Positions 48,377 through 56,423 of a stretch of DNA of 64,000 bases are shown one piece after another (within the stretch, counting starts at the first letter, position 1; every line of letters begins with the position of its first letter). A program made the position numbers and the translations under genes. Source of the stretch: an uncultured Candidatus Binatia bacterium (GTDB lineage Bacteria; Desulfobacterota; Binatia; Bin18); assembly GCA_965232605.1 (NCBI GenBank), contig CBDDQA010000006.1, forward strand, positions 318,556 through 382,555, in the 5' to 3' direction. Below the pieces are notes generated by a model. The model ran no database searches. It worked only from the letters and a program-made list of their open reading frames with translations, and was not told where the DNA came from.

Positions 48377-49531
48377 TCAGTAGCTTCTCGGCAGGCCCAT
48401 CCGTTCGCCCAGGAAATTTTTCACCATCTCATTCGAGATGGGGCTGAAGGGGCCGAGGCGGGCGTCGCGGAAGAGACGTTCCATGGGGGTTTCCTCGACC
48501 AGCCCGTGACCGGCGAGCACGCGCATGCAGCGGTCGGTTGCCCGGATCGCCGCTTCGGTGGCGGCCAACTTCGCCATAGCGGCCTCGCTGGCACACTCCC
48601 TGCCGTTGGATTGCAACCAGGCCGCTTTCTGGGTGAGCAGGCGTATTTGTTCGAGCTCGGTCGCGACGTCGGCCAGCGGATGTTGCAGCGCCTGGTAACT
48701 GCCTATGGGGCGGCCAAAGGCCGTGCGCTCTTTGGCATACGCAAGCGCCTGATCCAAAACCGCGGCCGTAATGCCGACGTACATGGCCGCACACAGAATG
48801 CGCTCTTCGTCGAGGGATGACAGCAGGTGATACCAGCCGCGGCCCCGCTGGCCGACCAGGGCGTCCGCCGGAGCCCGCGCGTCGTCCAGGAAGACCTCGC
48901 AGGTGCAGGCCGCCCGCATGCCCATCAGTTCCAACCGGCGTACCTCGACACCCTCCTGGTCGCGGGGCGTCAAGATGAGGGACAGCCCACGGGCGCGTTT
49001 GCCTTCGACGTCATCAGTCCGGCACAGCACCAGGATCGCGTCCGCATCGTCAGCGAAAGAGGTAAAGAGCTTTTGGCCGCGCACAACCCACCCGTCTCCG
49101 TCTCGCTCGGCCCGAGTCGTGAGGCCCAGGACGTCCGTGCCGCCGCTTGGCTCGGTCATGCCGAAGGCCATCAGGAAGTCGCCCGAGGCGAGCCGTGGCA
49201 GCAGCTCGGCCTTTTGATCCTGCGACCCGTATTCACGCAGTGTCCGAGCGGTCATGGAGACCAGGAGCCAGTCGGTCGCGAGCGACGGGAAACGGGAGGC
49301 GAGTTCCTCGGTCAGAACGGCAGCCGTCATCACATTGGCGCCACTGCCTCCGAACTCTTCCGGGACGGAAAGGCCCATCCACCCCAGTTCGGCAAAGCGT
49401 TTCCAGAGTGCTCTGGGAATTTTTCGCGACCGGTCCAACTCCCGGATACGGGCTTCGGGCAGCTCCTCCTCAAAAAATCGGCGGACACTGTCGCGCAGAA
49501 TGTCGTGCTCCGCCGGCGAATCAAAGTCCAT
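48377..49531 (-). CDS. Acyl-CoA dehydrogenase
   Basis: AFGMTEPSGGTD, RGQKLFTS, ERTAFGRPIGSYQALQH, MERLFRDARL, GLPRSY end. Confidence 0.95.
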   Translation of the reverse strand: MDFDSPAEHDILRDSVRRFFEEELPEARIRELDRSRKIPRALWKRFAELGWMGLSVPEEFGGSGANVMTAAVLTEELASRFPSLATDWLLVSMTARTLREYGSQDQKAELLPRLASGDFLMAFGMTEPSGGTDVLGLTTRAERDGDGWVVRGQKLFTSFADDADAILVLCRTDDVEGKRARGLSLILTPRDQEGVEVRRLELMGMRAACTCEVFLDDARAPADALVGQRGRGWYHLLSSLDEERILCAAMYVGITAAVLDQALAYAKERTAFGRPIGSYQALQHPLADVATELEQIRLLTQKAAWLQSNGRECASEAAMAKLAATEAAIRATDRCMRVLAGHGLVEETPMERLFRDARLGPFSPISNEMVKNFLGERMGLPRSY

Positions 49532-49584
49532 GCTCAAGCCCTTCGTTCGGTTGACAGTCCCGTCGCCGTCCCCTGCGACCGGTC

Positions 49585-50418
49585 TCAACGCAACTGCAAG
49601 AAATGCTCGCCCCGGTACAAATCGCCGGCTTTCAGCGAGCCGACGTCAAAGGCGCGCAGATCCATGAAGTAATCGGGTTTGGCGTCCGGGAAGGGCCGAT
49701 AGCGGAGATCGTCACCAAAGAAACGCAGCACGACGGTATGGCGGGTCGGGCAGGCGGCATCGACCGGCGCGCCACCGTGCAAGGCCCCCGAATGCAGCAC
49801 CACGGCATCACCGGGTTCCAGAGCCCAAGAGACCACGTCCCACGCATTGGGGTCCTCGGCCCGCTCGGCTTCGATGTCCGGCAGGCGCGGAAAATGCTCG
49901 GCGCCCCACAGGGGCCGGGTCGGGTCCTTGGAGTCCATAAACGCCGCCCCATCGTACATGAGGCCGAGATGGGAACTCCTGACGACTTCCAGGGCGTTCT
50001 GAGCCGGCAGGGCCTCGAAACTGATCCAGATATTTGCCAGATGCGATCCCTCGGCCGGGAAATAGGGCGTGTCCTGGTGCCACAGGGTCCGGCCCACCCC
50101 TCCGCCGTTTTTGACAAAAATCTCCTCACCAAAATACCAGACATGCTCCGACCCCCAGAGGTCGGCCAGGAACTCCGCGAAACCCAGTTTCTTCAGCATC
50201 GGCCCGTAGACTTCGAGTGATTTGGCGGTGCCGAGATCGTTGTACTGCTCGTCGCTCGTACCTTTGTAGAGATCGAGAGCCGTCGGGCCTGGATTGGCGA
50301 GGTTGAAGTCCAAACACCGCCGGCACTCGGCGAGATCGGCCGCGCTCAAGAGCCCCTCGGCCTTGATCACGCCATCACTTGCAAAAGCTTGTCGCATCGC
50401 TTCGGTTACACGGATCAT
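49585..50418 (-). CDS. Phytanoyl-CoA dioxygenase (PhyH) family Fe/2OG oxygenase
   Basis: WHQD (HxD), ANIWISF, LEPGDAVVLH...HG; AGGAGG RBS before ATG at 50418. Confidence 0.9.
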   Translation of the reverse strand: MIRVTEAMRQAFASDGVIKAEGLLSAADLAECRRCLDFNLANPGPTALDLYKGTSDEQYNDLGTAKSLEVYGPMLKKLGFAEFLADLWGSEHVWYFGEEIFVKNGGGVGRTLWHQDTPYFPAEGSHLANIWISFEALPAQNALEVVRSSHLGLMYDGAAFMDSKDPTRPLWGAEHFPRLPDIEAERAEDPNAWDVVSWALEPGDAVVLHSGALHGGAPVDAACPTRHTVVLRFFGDDLRYRPFPDAKPDYFMDLRAFDVGSLKAGDLYRGEHFLQLR

Positions 50419-50543
50419 TTTTCGCCTCCTTCGGTGGCGCTCCCATTCGGACCGGCCAGCAGGGCGGAGCCGTGTGTTGTTCCTAGCTCCAAATCCCCTG
50501 CCCTTCAAGGTTTCCGCATCTCCACCGCCCGCATTGATAAAGG

Positions 50544-50636
50544 AACCCACCCCGCCGCTCACGCGGCACCCCTCCCAAGAGGGGATAAAAAAGCTCCCCT
50601 CCTCGGAGGGGTGGCCCGAAGGGCCGGGGTGGGTTT
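50544..50636. repeat. Nested palindromic intergenic repeat
   Basis: AACCCACCCC...GGGGTGGGTT enclosing CCCCTCCCAAGAGGGG and CCCCTCCTCGGAGGGG hairpins. Confidence 0.75.
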
Positions 50637-50744
50637 CTTTCATTGGCCTGAACGGCTGGTATCGAAACTACGTTGAGTGGTCCATGGCACCTAGATATCA
50701 GGTGAGAAGGACTCTTACGCTGTTGACCTTCCCCCGGTAAACGC

Positions 50745-51401
50745 TCAATCTTTCGCCGGCGGTGAGTCCAGAGCCAAGGTCACAAGGGGTAAAACGGCGA
50801 TAATCAACAGCACGATAAACGAGGGGTTGGACCACTCCACACCCATGGGCCGATAGACCTGGCCGGTTATCGCCGTATTGCCGAAATAGAGCAGCAGAAT
50901 GAGCCAGCCGCAGCGGCTCCAGAGCCGCAGGTTGACCCCTGGCTGGGCGGGCGGCGGTGCCGGAGTGGTCATGCCCAAGAGCGCCTTCCAGCGCTGCATA
51001 TCCCAGAGGATTAACGCCAGCAGCCCCACACTCATCAAGGTGACGACGATAGCGGTGGGCACCACTCCTGTGCTCCAGCAAAACACAAGAATTGCCACAA
51101 GAATAGGAGCGATAAGCGCCGCCCCCAAAGTCGCGTGGCGCTGCGTTATGAGCAACACGGCGGCCGTGAGCTGGAGTGCCCCGACAAATTGATAGAACCG
51201 ACCGGTCGCATGAAAGGCGTGCAGGAACTCGTGAAAAACCCCCGTGTTCGCCGGATCGGTAAACGGCTGTCCCAGCAGCTTCTTGAGCCCGGCGGGAATG
51301 AAGGCAAAACCGATCATCATGCGCAAGACAATGGCACTGATGCAGAGCCCCCGGCATTCATGCGCCCGAGCGATGCGCTCTTCAAGCCATATTAATGTCA
51401 T
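50745..51401 (-). CDS. DoxX-like membrane protein
   Basis: LRMMIGFAFIPAGLKK...FYQFVGALQLTAAVLL...LGAALIAPI; start uncertain. Confidence 0.7.
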   Translation of the reverse strand: MTLIWLEERIARAHECRGLCISAIVLRMMIGFAFIPAGLKKLLGQPFTDPANTGVFHEFLHAFHATGRFYQFVGALQLTAAVLLITQRHATLGAALIAPILVAILVFCWSTGVVPTAIVVTLMSVGLLALILWDMQRWKALLGMTTPAPPPAQPGVNLRLWSRCGWLILLLYFGNTAITGQVYRPMGVEWSNPSFIVLLIIAVLPLVTLALDSPPAKD

Positions 51402-51605
51402 ACTCCGGCCTCAGCAACGATACAGTCTCTGGCGATCTTCTAAACGGCTTGGGCGCGGGCGACTAGCCCCCCTGCCTCGCTGTGGAGCAGTGCTTCAACA
51501 GGTTCTGGTATTGAAACGAGGCATGATACTCACGCAGTGTGAGAGAAGTTAGCGCGTTTCACGATAGGTTGTAGCGAGGCCCGTATGCTCTCGGCTCAGG
51601 CTCTC

Positions 51606-51655
51606 GTAGGGTGTGCCCTGCGCACCAAGAAGCTGGTGCATGGGATGCACCCTAC
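51606..51655. repeat. GTAG-family REP doublet
   Basis: GTAGGGTGTGCCCTGCGCACC ... GGTGCATGGGATGCACCCTAC. Confidence 0.75.
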
Positions 51656-51847
51656 GGAAGGGAACGGCGGGCTATACGGAATCGTGAATTGCTCTGGAGT
51701 CCCTCTGTCGTTTCTCACCTCTGACCGTGCAGTCTCGTGAGGCCCTGCACTTGACTTGCGAATACAAACAAATCGGTATCTACTATGGGCCGGAAGAGCG
51801 GAGCGCGTCAATCGTTCCATGTCAGAGAGCGTCAGGGAGGTGCCGCC

Positions 51848-53104
51848 ATGAGCCTTTCACCCATGGGAAACTCTCACGTCGATTTCAACTGGCCGACAGC
51901 CGGTATGACCTCGGTCCCGTATCAAATCTTTTGTGATCCTGCGGTGTATCGCCTCGAACAGGAACGCATCTTCAGAGGGCCAACCTGGAGTTATGTCGGG
52001 CTCGAAGCCGAGGTCGCCAACCCTGGCGACTTCAAGGCCACGTTTGTCGGCGACACGCCGATTGTGGTGTCGCGTGACAAAGAGGGCGCTCTGCACGCCT
52101 TTGTCAATCGCTGCGCGCATCGGGGAGCCATGGTCTGCCGCGAGTCTCGGGGCAATAAGGCCAGCCATACCTGCATTTACCATCAGTGGAGCTATAACCA
52201 GAAAGGCGACCTGATTGGGGTGCCGTTCCGGAAGGGGATTAATCAACAGGGCGGCTACCCGGCCGACTTTGATCCGGCGCAACATTCACTCCAGAAACTC
52301 CAGGTCGATACCTACAAAGGGCTGATCTTCGCGTCGTTTTCTTCCGAGGTCGAGCCGCTCTTCGACTATCTTGGCCCGGCCATGCGGCCGTGGCTCGATC
52401 GGGTTTTCAACCGGCCCGTGCAAGTCCTGGGCTATACCCGGCAATTTACCCACGCCAACTGGAAACTCTATTCGGAGAATGTCAAAGACCCCTATCATGC
52501 CAGTCTGCTCCATCTCTTCCTGACCACCTTCGGCCTGTACCGTTCCTCCCAGGGCGGTGGCATCAGCATGGATGAGACTGGCCGGCACAGCATAGTGCGC
52601 GCCTACAGGAAGACGGAGCAAGAGGAGACTGCGGCGTATAAAGGCAAGAATATGCATAGCTATCAAAAAGACTATGCCCTGGCCGACCCGTCTCTGCTCG
52701 CCTCGCGTCAGGAATTTGATACCGACTTAAATGTCCAAATCCAGACGATCTTCCCGAGCCTGGTTGTCCAGCAGATTCAAAACACCCTTGCCACTCGACA
52801 GATTTTGCCCAAGGGACCGGACCGGTTCGAGCTCGTGTTTACCTTCTTTGGCTTTAAGGATGATGACGAGGAGATGCACCGCATCCGTATCAAACAGGCC
52901 AATCTAGCCGGGCCGGCCGGCTATGTCTCAATGGAAGACGGCTACGCCACGGAGCTGGTCCAGCAGGCGATTGTAATGGAAAAGGACGAATGCTCAATGA
53001 TCGCATTGGGTGGGACCGGTACAGAGGACCAGGAGAACCTCATAACCGAGACGGCTCTGCGCGGCTATTGGAATTACTACCACGACGTGATGGGGTTTTC
53101 ATAA
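51848..53104 (+). CDS. Aromatic ring-hydroxylating oxygenase large subunit (salicylate 5-hydroxylase / anthranilate dioxygenase-like)
   Basis: EQERIFRGPTWSYVGLEAE, NRCAHRG...CIYHQW, NWKLYSENVKDPYHASLLH, AGPAGYVSMED; GGGAGG RBS. Confidence 0.92.
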   Translation: MSLSPMGNSHVDFNWPTAGMTSVPYQIFCDPAVYRLEQERIFRGPTWSYVGLEAEVANPGDFKATFVGDTPIVVSRDKEGALHAFVNRCAHRGAMVCRESRGNKASHTCIYHQWSYNQKGDLIGVPFRKGINQQGGYPADFDPAQHSLQKLQVDTYKGLIFASFSSEVEPLFDYLGPAMRPWLDRVFNRPVQVLGYTRQFTHANWKLYSENVKDPYHASLLHLFLTTFGLYRSSQGGGISMDETGRHSIVRAYRKTEQEETAAYKGKNMHSYQKDYALADPSLLASRQEFDTDLNVQIQTIFPSLVVQQIQNTLATRQILPKGPDRFELVFTFFGFKDDDEEMHRIRIKQANLAGPAGYVSMEDGYATELVQQAIVMEKDECSMIALGGTGTEDQENLITETALRGYWNYYHDVMGFS

Positions 53105-53171
53105 AACGTCACCCACGGAAGACAGCCGCACGGTCTGATTGATCTGGCGACTGGAGCAAATGACGCTGCTG

Positions 53172-53296
53172 TGTAGCCGTCCGTCATTCCTGCGAAAGCA
53201 GGAATCCAGGCCCCCCGGCCTCTGGATGCCGGATCACAGCCTGCCCCGGACATGATCCGGGGTCCGGCATGACGAAAGCGGGCCGGCCGGGCTACA
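53172..53296. repeat. TGTAGCC...GGCTACA-bounded element with RPE-like hairpins
   Basis: Contains GTCATTCCTGCGAAAGCAGGAATCCA and GTCCGGCATGAC; termini resemble the inner repeat at 46730-46850. Confidence 0.7.
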
Positions 53297-53393
53297 GCCT
53301 AGCGTGAAACGCTATAGGGCACCCAGCGCCGAATTAGGGCAGGCCCCAAGGGTCGGTAGTGCATTAGTTTGAAAATATAATAAATTATGCAAT

Positions 53394-53483
53394 GCGGTCT
53401 ACTCGGAAGACCTCAGCCCGCAGCAGGACTACGACGGCCTGCGGGTCATCAACCCGTTTCTGGAAGAATCGGAAACCCCATGA
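53394..53483 (+). pseudogene. C-terminal remnant of a PIN-domain toxin
   Basis: AVYSEDLSPQQDYDGLRVINPFLEESETP*; matches the LYSED...DG..VINPF ending of PIN proteins and the remnant at 58082-58195. Confidence 0.75.
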
Positions 53484-53544
53484 CCACTTGTGTCCTGCGT
53501 TCCATGTGATATCCGCTCCCTGCCGCCAAGGGATACGCAGAAAG

Positions 53545-55518
53545 ATGAGCGCCAGCGACCTGAACTGGATTGCCAACTACATCTGGGGCATTGCCGACGA
53601 CGTGCTGCGCGACCTGTACGTGCGCGGCAAGTACCGCGACGTAATCCTGCCCATGACCGTGCTGCGCCGGCTGGACGCGGTGCTGGAAGACAGCAAGCGG
53701 GCCGTCCTTGACATGAAGGCCAGCCTCGACGCGGCGGGCGTGGTCGAACAGGACCCGGCCCTGCGCCAGGCCGCAGAACAGGCATTCTACAACACCTCGA
53801 AGTTCACCCTGCGTGACCTCAGAGCCCGCGCCAGCCGCCAGCAGTTGACCGCCGACTTTGAAGCCTACCTGGACGGGTTCTCGCCCAACGTGCAGGACAT
53901 CCTCGACAACTTCGAGTTCCGCAACCAGATTCTGCGTCTGTCCAAGGCCGACGCCCTGGGCACGCTGATCGAGAAGCTCACCACGCCCGACATCAACCTG
54001 AGCCCGGCTCCGGTCCTGAACCCCGACGGCTCGGTCAAACACCCCGGTCTCGACAACCACGGCATGGGCTCGATCTTCGAGGAACTGGTGCGCCGCTTCA
54101 ACGAGGAGAACAACGAAGAGGCCGGCGAACACTGGACCCCACGCGACGCCGTGACCCTCATGGCCAGGCTCGTCTTCCTGCCCATTGCCGACGCCATCAA
54201 ATCCGGCACCTATCTGCTCTACGACGGCGCCTGCGGCACCGGCGGCATGCTGACCGTGGCCGAGGACACCCTGCGGCAACTCGCCACCGAATACGACAAA
54301 GACGTGTCCACCCACCTCTACGGCCAGGAGATCAACGCCGAGACCTACGCCATCTGCACGGCCGATCTGCTGCTCAAGGGCGAGGGCGAAGCCGCCGACA
54401 ACATCGTGGGCGGCCCGGAGCACTCCACCCTGGCCAACGACGCCTTCGCCGCCCGCGAGTTCGACTTCATGCTGTCCAACCCGCCCTACGGCAAGAGCTG
54501 GAAGACCGACCTGGAGCGTATGGGCGGCAAGACCGACCTGCACGACCCGCGTTTCGTGATCGAGCACGCCGGCGATCCCGAGTATTCGCTGGTCACCCGC
54601 TCCAGCGACGGCCAGATGCTGTTCCTGGCCAACAAGCTGTCCAAGATGAAGCAGGACACCCCGCTCGGCAGCCGTATTGCCGAGGTCCACAACGGCAGTT
54701 CCCTGTTCACCGGCGACGCCGGCCAGGGCGAGAGCAATATCCGCCGCTGGATCATCGAGAACGACTGGCTGGAAGCCATCGTCGCCCTGCCGCTCAATAT
54801 GTTCTACAACACCGGCATCGCCACCTACGTCTGGGTGCTGACCAACCGCAAACCCGCACACCGCCAGGGCAAGGTTCAATTGATCGACGCCACCCAGTGG
54901 TACCGGCCCTTGCGCAAGAACCTGGGCAAGAAGAACTGCGAGCTGGGCGAGGAGGACATCGCCCGCATCTGCAACACTTTTCTGGCTTTCAAGGAGAGCG
55001 AGCAGAGCAAAATCTTCGACAATGCCGCCTTCGGCTACTGGAAGGTCACGGTCGAGCGGCCGCTGCGCCTCAAAGGCATCGACCCCAACCGCGCCTGCAA
55101 GGCTGCCGAAATCAAGAAGCTCAAAGAGACTGGCGAGCGGAGCGAAAGCGCTCCGCCCGTCATCAAGAAAATTCACAAGCGGGGCACCAAGGCCGACCCG
55201 TTGCGCGGCCGGTTCGTCACCACCATCAACGGCAAACCTGCCGTGGTGGAATACGAGCCCGACACCGACCTGCGCGACACCGAGCAGATTCCATTGCAGG
55301 AGGTAGGCGGTATCGAATCCTTTTTGCGCCGCGAGGTTCTGCCCTACGCCCCTGACGCCTGGTATCAGTCCGACAGCGTGAAGGTCGGCTACGAGATCAG
55401 CTTCACCCGCTATTTCTACAAGCCGCAGCCCCTGCGGACGCTGGACGAGATTCGGGCCGACATCCTGTCACTGGAGGAAGAGACCGAGGGGCTGCTCGAC
55501 CAGATCATCCGGGCATAG
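53545..55518 (+). CDS. hsdM: Type I restriction-modification methyltransferase subunit
   Basis: LNWIANYIWGIADDVLRD, GEHWTPRD, YDGACGTGGML, NPPY (m6A), GYEISFTRYFY. Confidence 0.97.
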   Translation: MSASDLNWIANYIWGIADDVLRDLYVRGKYRDVILPMTVLRRLDAVLEDSKRAVLDMKASLDAAGVVEQDPALRQAAEQAFYNTSKFTLRDLRARASRQQLTADFEAYLDGFSPNVQDILDNFEFRNQILRLSKADALGTLIEKLTTPDINLSPAPVLNPDGSVKHPGLDNHGMGSIFEELVRRFNEENNEEAGEHWTPRDAVTLMARLVFLPIADAIKSGTYLLYDGACGTGGMLTVAEDTLRQLATEYDKDVSTHLYGQEINAETYAICTADLLLKGEGEAADNIVGGPEHSTLANDAFAAREFDFMLSNPPYGKSWKTDLERMGGKTDLHDPRFVIEHAGDPEYSLVTRSSDGQMLFLANKLSKMKQDTPLGSRIAEVHNGSSLFTGDAGQGESNIRRWIIENDWLEAIVALPLNMFYNTGIATYVWVLTNRKPAHRQGKVQLIDATQWYRPLRKNLGKKNCELGEEDIARICNTFLAFKESEQSKIFDNAAFGYWKVTVERPLRLKGIDPNRACKAAEIKKLKETGERSESAPPVIKKIHKRGTKADPLRGRFVTTINGKPAVVEYEPDTDLRDTEQIPLQEVGGIESFLRREVLPYAPDAWYQSDSVKVGYEISFTRYFYKPQPLRTLDEIRADILSLEEETEGLLDQIIRA

Positions 55519-55578
55519 CCGTCCCGCCAGCACTGAACTATAGTTGACAAAGTGCACACATTGGATGACTATCCGTCC

Positions 55579-55863
55579 ATGGAGGTACGCTTCGATTGGA
55601 GTACGGAGAAGAACCAACAACTCGTTGAACAGCGAGGAATCTCCTTCGAGCGTGTCGTCACCGCAATCGAACAAGGTGGCCTGGTGAACGTGCTGGAACA
55701 CCCTAATCAGGAGCGGTACCCAGGGCAGTCGATCTACGTGGTAGACATCGAAGAATACATCTACCTCGTCCCGTTCGTGAGCGAGGCGGACGGCTCACGG
55801 TTCCTGAAGACGATCATCCCCAGCCGGAAGGCGACGCGTGACTATCACAGGAGGCAACCATGA
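55579..55863 (+). CDS. BrnT/DUF497-family RNase toxin
   Basis: FDWSTEKNQQLVEQRGISFE...LKTIIPSRKAT; 4-bp overlap with the antitoxin. Confidence 0.85.
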   Translation: MEVRFDWSTEKNQQLVEQRGISFERVVTAIEQGGLVNVLEHPNQERYPGQSIYVVDIEEYIYLVPFVSEADGSRFLKTIIPSRKATRDYHRRQP

Positions 55864-56138
55864 TGAGCAGCAAAATGAGTACCGAAGAGAGGGAAATTCT
55901 GGAGAAGTTCGAGCGCGGCGAGTTGCGACCTGCTTCCAACGTCGAGCACGAGCTCGTACAGGCCCGTCAAGCGGCTCGCAATACGTTTAACAAGACCCGG
56001 CGAGTCAACCTGCGGGTGACCGAACGTGACTTCAGTCTCGCCCACGCACGGGCACGGGAGGAGGGCATTCCGTATCAGACGCTTTTGTCGAGCGTCATCC
56101 ACAAATACCTGTCGGGTCGGCTGGTCGAGAAGAGATAG
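55860..56138 (+). CDS. CopG/BrnA-like ribbon-helix-helix antitoxin
   Basis: KTRRVNLRV...AREEGIPYQTLLSSVIHKYLSGRL. Confidence 0.85.
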   Translation: MMSSKMSTEEREILEKFERGELRPASNVEHELVQARQAARNTFNKTRRVNLRVTERDFSLAHARAREEGIPYQTLLSSVIHKYLSGRLVEKR

Positions 56139-56170
56139 GAGACCGACCAAGTCACACGGAGGAAGCGCAA

Positions 56171-56362
56171 ATGAGACCGACCGAGATCATCTTCGAGGTC
56201 ACGGAGGCCGTGGAAGGCGGGCACGACGCCCGAGCGCTTGGGTACAGCGTTTTCACCCAGGGCGATGATTGGGACGACCTGAAAGACATGGTGAAGGACG
56301 CGGTGCTCTGCCATTTCGACGAAGACAGCGCACCAAGAGTCATCAGGCTCCATCATCGCTAA
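56171..56362 (+). CDS. HicB-like antitoxin, C-terminally clipped
   Basis: EIIFEVTEAVEGGHDARALGYSVFTQGDDWDDLKDMVKDAVLCHFD...IRLH. Confidence 0.7.
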   Translation: MRPTEIIFEVTEAVEGGHDARALGYSVFTQGDDWDDLKDMVKDAVLCHFDEDSAPRVIRLHHR

Positions 56363-56366
56363 CGGC

Positions 56367-56420
56367 GCAGCATTTCTCGATCTCTCCAAGCGTGAAGTAT
56401 TCGAAACGCTCTTTGACTGA
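56367..56420 (+). pseudogene. Probable C-terminal remnant of a HicA toxin
   Basis: AAFLDLSKREVFETLFD* resembles HicA C-termini and directly follows the clipped hicB. Confidence 0.5.
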
Positions 56421-56423
56421 CAA

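Noticed and set aside
50419-50643. N-terminal extension of the PhyH ORF
   Set aside because: It runs through a palindromic repeat; a strong AGGAGG RBS supports ATG 50418.
41408-53296. Repeats as a CRISPR array
   Set aside because: No regularly spaced identical repeats with unique spacers and no cas genes; they are REP/MITE-type palindromes.
53392-53544. 51-aa N-terminal extension of HsdM in the ORF track
   Set aside because: It is an off-frame reading of the PIN remnant; HsdM homology begins at about MSASDLNWIANYIW (53545).
53449-55176. Long antisense ORFs (also 60953..62374, 13725..14870, 42668..43762, 39522..40205, 43844..44710)
   Set aside because: They are shadows of well-supported genes on the opposite strand in GC-rich DNA, with no motifs or RBS.
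56171-56362. Label '2-oxoisovalerate dehydrogenase subunit beta', which this family often receives
   Set aside because: It is far too short, and its context and sequence fit a HicB-like antitoxin.
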